DNA of 64,000 nucleotides from Thecamonas trahens ATCC 50062. Taxonomy: Eukaryota; Protista; Apusomonadida. The notes below the pieces were generated by a model, which was not told the DNA's origin, did no database searches, and saw only the letters and a list, made by a program, of their open reading frames with translations. The DNA is taken from the NCBI RefSeq assembly GCF_000142905.1, contig NW_013657616.1, positions 62,001 to 126,000 of the forward strand, in the 5' to 3' direction. How positions within the stretch are numbered: position 1 is the first letter of the stretch; every line of letters starts with the position of its first letter. The position numbers were made by a program, and so were the translations under genes. This document shows positions 11,701 through 21,692 of this stretch, in pieces.

Positions 11701-11945
11701 CCGAGGCGGTCGTCTCGCACGTCTCAGCCGCCACCCACACGCTGTGGAAGCACCGGGTGAGCGTAGCCATCGCCCTGCAGTCGGCCGCCAACTCGTTGCG
11801 GGCGACGCTGGACGAGGTCGAGGCTGAGCGGGCCGAGCTGGACGCGGTGGCGGAAGCAGTGATCGGCCGTGCCGAGGAAGGTGGGGGAGTGGGCGGCGAT
11901 GGATCAAGTGGAAGATGGCGGGTTGTGGTGGGTGGGAGGCGATGA
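8781..11945 (+). CDS. Divergent RasGAP/IQGAP-GRD-like protein with N-terminal WW-like motif
   Basis: N-terminal W...FYASATGELSWRPRP. The segment LFELITAAVRSAECPVSEMVRAGGFAARLLVGY...LQLDP...LPPFL resembles a GAP-related domain. C-terminal coiled coil; 30-bp repeats at about 9063-9195. Confidence 0.55.
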   Translation: MSWTRATRLRPPYLPFYASATGELSWRPRPTTPSSPSTTLPTFPGMAQGRAWTETGQGYGKAVAPQGMATRSGTAELQQNSLEMADGIGSRDAVAVAGKAGVAQAVAGKAGVAQAVADKAGMAQAVPDKAGVAQAVAGNSAQVANSGGAWMGAPAAGRHAWASSRAELASIRQRIVCGVETFRAACGEATRWTGEMDDGLLGLLAEAQPVEVPADYHAAAATTLAFRPGSGWTVDAVVAAICDVELLTLTEAPQQDGEEPRPELGFGLCLRWVANPRRPGEPGLAVAVAAAWRSPSLMAALALRAKRAARGASEPVTWETLGSALAEEVRLLREACGAGPTAWPTELFLLLRDAPPPLDARAANSSAFSPRPSYVDELAAGPILVVPPYNVTQEQTLRFAATSPEEALVEALASPLFGVGGAAGFGAIVYVPPRPTSNPLLSKVVVRIVAQWVERHVEHADAAAARPRADKADAAATAARAAFAERPVAAEVLAATIGRLEGILGWFTPPQTAVTLGEVCELENQVALANCAAHATRAAVEAAMSGRELIADASGGRAGALVGALQRAPVAVAALGRALLPHEQGLLAAFVVHGCFASMSVDERSLFELITAAVRSAECPVSEMVRAGGFAARLLVGYCQRKAVVAYVHQALGEAIAEVGSSSAPRLQLDPAAPLRAAASGRLLSSQSRTLPLRQQIMAIEDAVVRVLNAAVGSEGVGQLPPFLATLLKWLAGEAAARGEDGVGVAGRLLVELVAARVVDGPNEYGLEVAAGNMEVVGKVLRAMVGRVNVARAGDDEGGTSLSELSSVASGGERVSGVAASNYVYEASNPLSLMQSFIDEGARAIVRAGDALVRAKNSASVHSLRKRMRAASGFVAVDSAELDAVCDMVVRHQATMGAVAPTVVAAAQAAMPATSHRSPPPGGWMVVAVDQGGRCSDDDDDEDIESETGPRAVELLRDGAAMVEAYGRGEMAATEAVVSHVSAATHTLWKHRVSVAIALQSAANSLRATLDEVEAERAELDAVAEAVIGRAEEGGGVGGDGSSGRWRVVVGGRR

Positions 11946-12117
11946 GGTGCAGCACGTTTACGGGTAAGCGTCACGACGACGGCTCGGCGACGTCGATCGA
12001 AGCACTCTGCTCGCCGTTCAGCTCCTGCATGAGCCCATGCGTTCAATCTACGCCACTCGCAGCTCGATTGCTCATTCTACCGCGACACCTGTCTCGGCTC
12101 ACGGTTCTTCGGCGACG

Positions 12118-15100
12118 TTAACGATCGCGGGCGGGTGGGGGCGACACACCGATGGGCATACTCGCCGCCCGACGATACTTTCCGTTCTTGCGGTTGGCTC
12201 GATGCGCGTAGCGAGCGGCTTGAGTTGCCTTTTTGCGCTGATAGCGACGTACGCCGAGGAGCAGTCTGTTGCGTCGCTCCTTGTCGGCCTGCTCGATGGC
12301 GGCGACCTCGTGCGACGGCAGGTCGGCCCAAGCTGCTGGAGAGTAAGTCTCCGTCACGACTGGCGTAGCAAAGCCATCGTCCTCGAGCTGGCGCGCAAGC
12401 TCGCCCTTGATGCCGATCTCCTGGAGCTCGTGCCGCGACCACTGTGAGAGCGCGGCCAGCGTCTTGATACCCGCGGCCGCCACTGTGCGACGCGCCTGGC
12501 TAGCTACGACCTGCGGAAGGCCCAATCGTGAGACCGAGAACGTCAGAGCGTCGTGCACAGTAGAGGCCGTCTCTTCCGACGACACGTCCATTTTGAGAGC
12601 GGAGGCAGATATCAAAGCCGAGGTTGAGGTCGGGGTCGACGTCGACGTCGGGGTCGAGGTCGAGGTCGAGGTCGAGGTCGGGGTCGAGGTCGAGGTCGAG
12701 GCCGAAGATGCCGACTCGAGGGCCGACGATGCCGACTCGAGGGCCGACGACGCCAAGTCGAGGGTTGCCGACGCCGACGACGATTTGCCGCCAGCCAGCG
12801 CTTGTGTGGCCACAAGGGCCACCACGGCCGCCTCCAAATGGACTGCCGAGTCGGATGAGAGCGGAGGGAGCGGATCGTCGCCGAGGACCAGCTGCAAATT
12901 GGAAGTGACCTTGATCAAAGAGGTGCGATACTGGTTGTTGAGAAGGAGCTCGGCACGGTTGGCGAGAACGGCCTTGCGGCGTTCGGCGAGCAGATGGGTC
13001 CTCATGTTGTCGATGCGGTGACGGATCGAGGACGAGGCGGACGCACAGACGCTGGCCACCATCAGGCCTGCCAGCTGAATGTTCTGGCGGTAGCGGATGG
13101 CGTTGTAGATGGCGACGCAAAGTAGTGAAGTGGCCTGGAGGCCGCAGGCCAGCCAGAACCACAGCCTGTTGTCAAAGGTGTAGAGGAACAAAAGGATCTG
13201 ACCGTAAGCAGCGACGCCCGAGGCCAGGGCCACGCCGTTCTGCCATGACTGGACAAAGGGCAAGAAGATGCCAACGAGCGCAAAATTGACGATGAAGTTG
13301 GTGCCTGCCGAGAAGATCTTGACGTCGGGATCGTCGAGAAAGACCGACTCGGCGGCAAAGACAAGCGAGGTGAAGAACTGGATTGGCCGCAGCCAGTAGT
13401 AACCGTCCTTGACACCGCGGAAGAGAAAGCCGTACTTGTCCGAAAACGACTGGAGCGAGAGCGTCGATGCCGATGCCACTCGCTCGTACGAGTCGGATGA
13501 GAGCGGAGGGAGCGGATCGTCGCCGATGAGGTAGCCGGCACCAATGACTACCAAGAACGGCAGCGCCGTTAGATGTGCGCCGGCAAAGCAACGCGTTCCT
13601 GGCTCGACCACCAAAAAGTACTCGCCGCGCTTGGCGGGATCCGTGCGACAGTACATGGCCTGAAAGGTGCGGACCGAGAGCTGGATGTACGCGATGGAGC
13701 AGAGGATGATGAACGCGTGTGTCGCGCTTGCCAAACATGATCCGCGCCGTGGGACGGTGGTCCACTTCCAAGCTCTCGCTCGGCTTGGCCGGCTCAATGG
13801 CGGCAGGCAGGAACCAGCGCCGGTACTCGCGCAAGTAGACGCCGACAAAGAAGAGGAAGAGCGTCACCAGCAGGAGGCCCATCGTGATCCAGTAGAGATC
13901 GAGAAAGGCGATGCGGCCGACGGTGCAGCCGGGCTTGACAAACTCAATCTCCAGCAGGAGGACCGAGAGGATGCGCGAGAGAGTGAGGACCCAGCTGGCT
14001 GTGCCAAAAGAGTATCGAATACCGACACGCAAGACCATGATGAGCGTCTGAAGGGTGATGATGGTCGAGACGGACTTGACTAGGTTCGGCGTCGAGAGCC
14101 CAGTGACAGCAACGACAAGGATGAGGAGAAGGAGGATGGCGACAGCACTGAGAGCCACAAACTCGATGCGGTCAGCCGACTCGACGCCGCACGAGCGGCA
14201 GACGCCAAAGGCCGAGTAAAAGCCGGACGGGCAGTTGCTGCAACCGCGCCCGGTGTATCCATGTCGACATCGATCAGTCATCCGCGCGCCATGAGCGTGC
14301 CAGGCCGGTGGATAATCGCTGACGGCGCCAAGAGCGCCGACACAGGCGTGCGGCATGTCGCAGGCCAGTGGCGGCTCGGTCTCCGAGTGCGACCATCGAC
14401 CGGCGAGCGGCCACATACGATCGCCGCCAGGGCAGAACGCACCCGGGACGCATGGCTGGCATGCGTCACGGAGCCAGACGGTGCCGCGCGCAATGCAGGC
14501 TGGTGGCCCGGCAAAATAGTACAGGTGCAGCGGGACGTCGGACTCGGCGACAATCGCTCCATCGACAGAGAACACGAGGTAGACTGAGGAGGAGCGAGGC
14601 GGAATGGCGGGCGTGAGGAAGGAAATAGTGTCGGGCGATGTGATTGTGGTGTTGATGTAGAGGGCGCCGTCCGTGGTGTTGAGCTTGATGACGATGGCGG
14701 ACAGGTGTGACAGGCCCGAGACAGGGATGTCGATCTGGATGCCGCCGGCGAGCGGCGAGGTGGCCTGGAAGGTGTTGGGGGTAGGGATGAGGAGCGGAAG
14801 CGAGGGCTGAGGCAACGGTGGTGACGGAGGCGGCGACGGAGGAGGCGGCGACGGCGGAGGCGGCGGAATCGCACCTGTGATCGCGTACCGATGCAGCGCC
14901 GGCCCCGAGCCCGCAGCCGCAAACGCGTGGATCGTCAGACTCGCCACATCAAACACAACTTCGGTCTTCCTGGCCGACGATGACACGGTCTCGCTTCCCG
15001 TGTACGCGTCGTACGTGCAACTGCTCACGTCGAGCTCACACACAAACACTCCAGGCTTGTTAATTGTATCATCGACCGTCACCATCACAAGCTTGCCGTT

Positions 15101-15972
15101 CACAACCTGTCCGCGTGCGGAATCGACCCGGATCGCAGGCGACGGTGCAGGTGAGACCTTGGCCACCGCGTCATCCACGCCTATCACCGTTCCCGTCAGC
15201 GTCGTCCGGTACACATACAGATCCGACGCTCCGCTCACCATCACGTACAGCGTGCTGTTGCCCGTATCGATGATCGGCGTCACCTCCGAAAATTCCGTGT
15301 GCGTCACCCCTACAGGCCGCAGGCTGCCCAATGCTTCGCCGTCGCCAGGTCGTACGAGACCGAGAACAGCTCGACCTCTCTGGCGCCCGATTCGTCATCG
15401 AGGGCGACCACGAGGATCCGCGAGTTGGTGACGTCGTCAACGAGGCCCACCCGGGTGCCTGTCTTTCCCCGGGCCGCCCGCGACGCCACAGCGTACACAT
15501 CGATGATGGCGCATGACGTGCCGTCAGCCTCGCACCTTGCAAGCGACGCAGTCTTTGTCGACGCCACCGCAGTGGAGCCCGCGGCATACATCTTGCCGTT
15601 CGACGCCTTGATCGACCGCGGGTTGCCCCACCACGCCGGATCGAACGAGCCCGATATCTGGGACACAGTGCCGGTGTTCTGAGTCCAGGTCGGCCCGGGT
15701 GGCGACGGAGCAAGAGCGATGGTGCTCGCCTTGACGGTTTGGAGGGGAGGCGATGGTGAGAAGTCCCTGAAAGAGCCAATGACGACGACCTTGGACGATA
15801 TCGAGTCCCACGAGGCGAGCAGCGAGTCAGTGGCTGGAGCCGGCGATGGAGCAGGCGATGCCGCCCAGAGGGCGGTGCCAGTGCAGGCCCCAGCCGAGGC
15901 CGGGCACTCGTAAACAAACGCGCCTGTGGAGCACGAGGCGACGGCGGCCATGCCCGAGGTTGTGGGAGTCAT
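12118..15972 (-). CDS. Multi-pass membrane protein: Cys-rich ectodomain, about 7+ TM helices, C-terminal SAM-like domain; two frameshifts, possibly 5'-truncated or a pseudogene
   Basis: Three consecutive ORFs (15310..15972, 13172..15331, 12118..13848). Motifs CQPCVPGAFCPGG..WPLAGRW and CRHGYTGRGCSNCPSGFY, hydrophobic helices, KYGFLFRG..YYW, and LGL..AGIKTLAALSQWSRHELQEIGIK. Confidence 0.6.
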
Positions 15973-15993
15973 GGCATCTCGCCGCTCCTCTCA

Positions 15994-16089
15994 ACGCGAT
16001 TGGTGTAGGGGCAACATTTCAGCTTGCCATTAATCAGTTCGTCTGGTTGTAACTTGTTGGAGCCCCGGGTTCAATTCCCGGATCGCGTA
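15994..16089 (+). tRNA. tRNA-Gly(GCC) copy 1, 25-nt intron at 37/38 (16030-16054)
   Basis: Cloverleaf: acceptor ACGCGAT/ATCGCGT, discriminator A, anticodon arm TCAGC-TTGCCA^T-GTTGG, T-arm CCGGG-TTCAATT-CCCGG; 71 nt after splicing; poly-T follows. Confidence 0.88.
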
Positions 16090-16419
16090 TTTTTTTTTTG
16101 CCTCCGGGCGCACCCTCGTTGCAGCGCACAGCTGTACATACTGCCTTGCATGGTTGGTGGACGTGTGTAGGAGGTCACGACTCGGTCTGCCCGGCGCACG
16201 ACCTGGTGAGAGAAGCGGACAGTGCAAGTGAGGTCTCGTGCTTTGACGACATGGGCATGGCTGGTGTGGGGGGGGTGGGGGGAGATGGGAGGGAAGGGAG
16301 GGGGAGTGGTGTAGGGGGCTGAAAGGGGGGGGGGGTAGTGTGGGTGGAATGATGTTGTGTATGCGTTGTGTGGAAGAGGTTTTTTCCGCCTCCACGACAA
16401 ATCGCAATCCGACACATGC

Positions 16420-16432
16420 TACAAATACTATG
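16420..16432 (+). promoter_or_regulatory. TATA-like upstream element of tRNA gene (TACAAATACTATG, -31)
   Basis: The same or a similar motif lies at -31 of Gly copies 2-5 and at -33 of both Phe genes. Confidence 0.55.
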
Positions 16433-16450
16433 ATCTCGCCGCTCCTCTCA

Positions 16451-16546
16451 ACGCGATTGGTGTAGGGGCAACATTTCAGCTTGCCATTAATCAGTTCGTC
16501 TGGTTGTAACTTGTTGGAGCCCCGGGTTCAATTCCCGGATCGCGTA
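16451..16546 (+). tRNA. tRNA-Gly(GCC) copy 2 with intron
   Basis: Identical to copy 1; poly-T terminator follows. Confidence 0.9.
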
Positions 16547-17099
16547 TTTTTTTTGCTTCCAGGCGCACCCTCGTTGCAGCGCACAGCTGTACATACTGCC
16601 TTGCATGGTTGGTGGACGTGTGTAGGAGGTCACGATGTGGTGGATGGTGCGGATGCAGCGAGACCCAGGCTCAAAGGCTTTGATCGACAGGCTGTCAACT
16701 CCAGAACGCTCTGGTGGGTGCGTGCTGGCGGAGTGGACGAGGGTCAGCCCAGGGGAACGGAATCGAGATGTGAGTGGCCGTGCCCTTGTCGGCACTTTGA
16801 TAGCAAGTGTGAACGGGATGGCCGAGTATATTGTGTCTGCCATTGAGGTGCGGATGTATCATATGTCGCAAGCAGCGTGATGTGCTCGGCCGAACCCATC
16901 GCCGGGCAGAGCGCGCGCCGACGGCCAACACAGCACTCTGATGTTGCAGATGGTCACTGGCCCAGACCACCAACTCGGAGCTCGTCAGGCATCGCATCAT
17001 GGGCGAGTCATGGCTGCCACATATCCACATACAGCAACCATGCAAGGCAGTATGTACAGCTGTGCGCTGCAACGAGGGTGCGCCTGGAAGCAAAAAAAA

Positions 17100-17195
17100 T
17101 ACGCGATCCGGGAATTGAACCCGGGGCTCCAACAAGTTACAACCAGACGAACTGATTAATGGCAAGCTGAAATGTTGCCCCTACACCAATCGCGT
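17100..17195 (-). tRNA. tRNA-Gly(GCC) copy 3 with intron
   Basis: Reverse complement of copy 1. Confidence 0.9.
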
Positions 17196-17946
17196 TGAGA
17201 GGAGCGGCGAGATCATAGTATTTGTAGCATGTGTCGGATTGCGATCCGTCATTCGTGACCACACAACTCGAACTGGTCAGCGTGACCCATGGGAGACTCA
17301 CAGAGTGGTGTTGCAGTTGAATACGATACGGATAGGGGTGAGGTTACCCACAGCCACCGCGTAGCGGACCATCGCAACCAGCCCCGCGCTGGCAGAAGCA
17401 TCGAGGACGTTGTCCACCTGCTCGACTTTCGCAGCGGTGATGAGCCGAAGGACCAGCTTGCTCCGGCCGAGGAAGGTGGCAAGGACAGCAGGTCCAACGG
17501 CGATAGCGATGAGGCTACAGCTTGCACACCCCGCAGTGGCACACGATAGGTCTGTGGCGCGAGGACACTACACAGGCTGATGACGTACTACCCGGAGCCG
17601 AGCAAGCCACAAACGTCACGACGCCGCAAGCAACATCAAAGCACAGAACGCCAGGGTCAGGCTCCAGCACAAACGCACTACCCCGCGCTGGGTCGTGCCA
17701 GGCTATGCCTCGACGATGAGCCATGCTGTCGCCGGCGGAAGTACGCGCTCAAGATGCCACACAAGTGAGTCGACGGCGGCGAGCGCATGCTTCTGGCCGC
17801 CTCGTGTCGATTAGAGCCCAGGCCTTGCTTCATTCGCCCCGTCCACCACATCCACCATATCCACACACAGCAACCATACACATGGCGGCATACGCATAGC
17901 TGTCCATGCGAGTGCAACGAGGGTACGCCCGGAGGCAAAAAAAAAA

Positions 17947-18042
17947 TACGCGATCCGGGAATTGAACCCGGGGCTCCAACAAGTTACAACCAGACGAACT
18001 GATTAATGGCAAGCTGAAATGTTGCCCCTACACCAATCGCGT
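17947..18042 (-). tRNA. tRNA-Gly(GCC) copy 4 with intron
   Basis: Reverse complement of copy 1. Confidence 0.9.
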
Positions 18043-18458
18043 TGAGGATAGAAGTCGCGACACAGTATTTATAACGTGCACCAGATAGCTGACATTTCGG
18101 GGGCTGCACGTCGGCCCGTCGCTATGTCGCCATGTCGCCATGTCGCCATCTACTCGACGTAGTGGTCACGCAAGGAGGTTGCGATCGTGTGACAAAGTCA
18201 AATTCTGCGACGTCTGCGGCTGTCATCATATAATTGCGGACATGAGGCGTGAGCCAGCATCAGTCCAAGGGTCGCAAAGGAGCCTCTTGGTGGGATCTGT
18301 GGTAGCTAGCATCGCACAAACCACTCAACAAACAGAAATAGGGTGCATATGGCCTAATCATGGCTCCCCTCTTCCTTGCACGGACAGTCGGGCCGACGAC
18401 AGCGACGGATCGTAACCCGATGCATGTTACAAATACTATGCTCTCGCCCCTTCTCTCA

Positions 18459-18554
18459 ACGCGATTGGTGTAGGGGCAACATTTCAGCTTGCCATTAATC
18501 AGTTCGTCTGGTTGTAACTTGTTGGAGCCCCGGGTTCAATTCCCGGATCGCGTA
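18459..18554 (+). tRNA. tRNA-Gly(GCC) copy 5 with intron
   Basis: Identical to copy 1. Confidence 0.9.
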
Positions 18555-19009
18555 TTTTTTTTGCCTCCGGGCGTACCCTCGTTGCACTCGCATGGACAGC
18601 TATGCGTATGCCGCCATGTGTATGGTTGCTGAATGTGGATATGGTATGGTGGATGTGGTGCATTGCGTTTAAAAAGTTTGCCGCGTGGCGGGCAGGGCAG
18701 ATGTAGCACGGCCCGGGAATGAGTTGGCTCCGGCTGACCACCTGTCATCTGCTGGCTACCTGATTCATGTTGGTTTGGCAGTCGACAGCCGCGAGTCGCC
18801 CACGCCACAGTGCGACGAGCTCCCAGCTCGGTGCTCGTCGGGTAGGTGCCAGTCAGGCGCCAGGCAGCCCACGCCTCGCGCATGCTGCCACCGTTGGCGC
18901 TGGCACTAGAGTCGGGTGCTGTTGAGCTTGATCTTGGTCCTGACCTCTTCCATCCGCAGCATCTCGGAGCTCTGGCTCTCCTACTCGGCAGCCCAGCTCG
19001 CCCACGCAC

Positions 19010-20850
19010 TCACACCAGCCGCCCAAACGCGTCCCGCATCCCCATGCACCTCTGCATCACGTCAACAAACTCGCCCACCCCGCCATCGCCCTTCCCCGCC
19101 TCCCCTCCACCACCACAGCTACCCACCACAAGGCCTCGACTTGCACCACAAACACGCTCTTGTACAACGCCTCGTTCCACAGCCATCCCACCTGCTTCGT
19201 CACAGCCTCCACCACGCAGCCCTTGACTCTCTCGAACGCCGCCACACTCGGCGCCCCGTACGCCGTCGTCAGCCCGCCGCTTTCGCTCCCACTCCGGCTC
19301 CGGCTTCCGCCGCACACGTATCCGACCTCGAGACCGTCGCCTTCAAACACCACTCCGATCGCCACTGCCCCGAGCCGCGCCTGGTATCGCCGAATCACGC
19401 TGTCGTAGTCCAGAATCTGCTCTAATGACGAGCCTCCGCCGCTGCTCATCCGCGCCTCTTGCCACATGAGCACTCGGGAGAAGTACAGCGTTGCCTTGGC
19501 CACAAGCAGCGAGAGCAGCGTCGAGCAAAACTTGAACAGGCCCGACGCTCCGCGCCCGAACACACGCTTCAGCACCAGTGCCTGCTCTGCGTCCTCGCTT
19601 CCGCTCCGTACACCCTCGTTCCCGCTTCGCCCAGCCTCACTCGAGTCCTCCGGCCCACGCTCGCTGGCCTCGGCCCCGTCCCCGCCACTTCCGCCGCCGC
19701 TGCTCCGCAGCCACGAGAAGAGGCTCTTGCCTCGCCCTCCCTTGGCCTTGGCCTTGGCCTTGGCTTTGGCCTTTGCCTTTGCCTTTGCCTTTGCCTTTGC
19801 ACGTGCACGCGCACGCGCACGTGCCTTAGCCTGCCGATCAGCCCCGGCCGCCGCCGTCGTCAGTAGACTGCTGCTGCCGCTGCCGCTATCACTTCCGCTG
19901 CCGCCCTCCTGGGCCTCTGCAGCCACCACCACCATCGTCCGGCCTTCACGCCCTCGGCCTCGGCCACGCCCAAGCTGTTCGCTTATCCGACTGGCCTCTT
20001 CAGCAAGCGCCGAGCCTTCGTACGCCACGAACCCGGTCCAATCGGAGAGCGCCACATTCGCGTCATACAGCCGCGACATTGCCGCGCAGTACTGCCCGTC
20101 GCCCACAGCCACCGCCACCTCGCCCATCGCCGCAAGGCTCGCAATTTCCAGACCCACCAGATACCGCATCCGGTCCAGCTCTTTGCTCGTCATTCGGACT
20201 TGTAGCACTCGGCTCAGCTCGCCCATCAGCGCCGCGCACGTCGCCCCGTCAAACCCGCCCTGCGACTCGCCCAAATACCGGTAGTACCCGGCGAGCTCCG
20301 CCCGGATCTCCAGGAGCTCCACCATGCTCGCAATCAACTCGGCCAGGGAAACAACCTCGCGCGCCTCGCTCACCTCGGCGTCCTCTCGCCTCCGCTCCGC
20401 CCTCCACACCGCCAGCGCCTCGCCCACGCCCGCAACCTCGCTCCGCACCTCCTTCAACCGCACCGTCAGCGGTCGCCGCTTGGCCATCAGCCCGCGGAAC
20501 GACACATACTCGGCCTCAAGCTCGGCAATCCGCACACACGCGCCAAGAAGCGGCAGAAGCACCCCATGCAGTCTGCTCTCGCTGGTCACAAGCTCTGGCA
20601 CAGGTCGTCCTTCCGCTCCTGCACTCCCCACCACCGTCACACGCGTGCTGCTCGCCCCGGCAAGCTTGTTCAGCGCGTCCACAGCAGAGACAGAGTCACG
20701 GACAGAGACAAAGCCAAAGACAGTCCCAGTTGCTCCACCCACTCCATTCTGTTGTTGTCGTCTGGAGAGGGATGGGGGGGGTGGGAGTGGGGGGGGGGGG
20801 GGGGAAGTGCTGGGGGTGGGGGGAAGGGCGTCGGGAGGTTGATCGATCAA
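19010..20850 (-). CDS. KICS2: KICSTOR subunit 2 (C12orf66/DUF2003) homolog; frameshift near 19103; 5' end uncertain
   Basis: LFKFCSTLLSLLVAKATLYFSRVLMWQE...DYDSVIRRYQARLGAVAIGVVFE..GY matches the remembered C12orf66 core (LLAKFSFYF...IRKYDA..VSLIFD). C-terminus is in ORF 19010..19315. Confidence 0.7.
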
Positions 20851-21692
20851 ACAGTGATCGATCGGTCAGAAGGTCGGTCAGGGGAGACGCATCATCATTG
20901 TTGCCATTGTCTGCATCTGCTGCAATCAGATCCAAGCTGACCCAGGTGGGGCGGCTGCCCCTCCCCCCCCCCCCCTCCAACACACACACATACTAGGTCT
21001 CTCCTAGCTTGTGTCCTGGTTGCTAGTTAGGCCCCCGATCCTGGCAGGCAGCTCTCTGACTTTGCTCGCTGCAGCCGAGTCTCGTCACTCTGAGACTGAT
21101 GTACATGTGTCGGTGACATGGCTTACGCCTTTCCTTTGGAGAAGGAGGGGGGGGAGGGATATATAGGAAGTTGTAGGACGCTTGCGTATCGCCTACCGCT
21201 TTCTACTATATCTATCGTAGGCATCGTCATCACCTAGGAGCTTCACATCAACCTGACTGAGCAAACGTCACAGGAAAACGATCTTGCAAAACAAATGATC
21301 ATTCCCTTGTTTCTGTCGGCCATCCTCATTATCATCCCCATATTGGACACTCTGTTTGTGTCACATCTGCTCACATCGCTCAGACACCACACCACGTACT
21401 GCTTCTACCACACATGCTGAAAGACTACAAAGACACATCCGATCAAGCTCATACTAAGCTTACTAGCCCCAAACCTTGCCTGGACCACATCCACGCGCGC
21501 CCCACGTGTCATCATCCCATCCCCCCCCCCATCCCATCCACCATCACCCCCCCCTCCCCCCCCCCCCACCCGTCCCCACCCTCCGCATCGGCTCGTTTCT
21601 CCGCACATGGTCCAAAAAAATGTCGCGGCATCTCTCCATCCCACCAGCCTCACCCCTCCACCACGACCGCCACCCCTCTCCCTACCCACACC

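Larger units (their letters stand above)
16401..17245. repeat. About 210-bp inverted repeat (16401-16611 / 17035-17245) containing tRNA-Gly copies 2 and 3
   Basis: Arms match from ATCGCAATCCGACAC through the tRNA and poly-T to GCATGGTTG. Confidence 0.9.

Noticed and set aside
16026-16052. Alternative anticodon (CAT Met or GTA Tyr) for the tRNA
   Set aside because: Only GCC sits after U33 in a 7-nt loop closed by a 5-bp stem with a canonical 37/38 intron.
16090-16180. Dicistronic tRNA-Gly-snoRNA as in plants
   Set aside because: A 7-10 nt poly-T terminator follows the tRNA immediately, and no clear C/D or H/ACA boxes were seen in the flank.
15976-18660. CRISPR-like or protein-coding repeat (recurrent ORFs MPLISSSGCNLLEPRVQFPDRV / YAIRELNPGLQQVTTRRTD)
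   Set aside because: The repeats fold as intron-containing tRNA-Gly genes, orientation is mixed and no cas genes are present. The ORFs are incidental translations.
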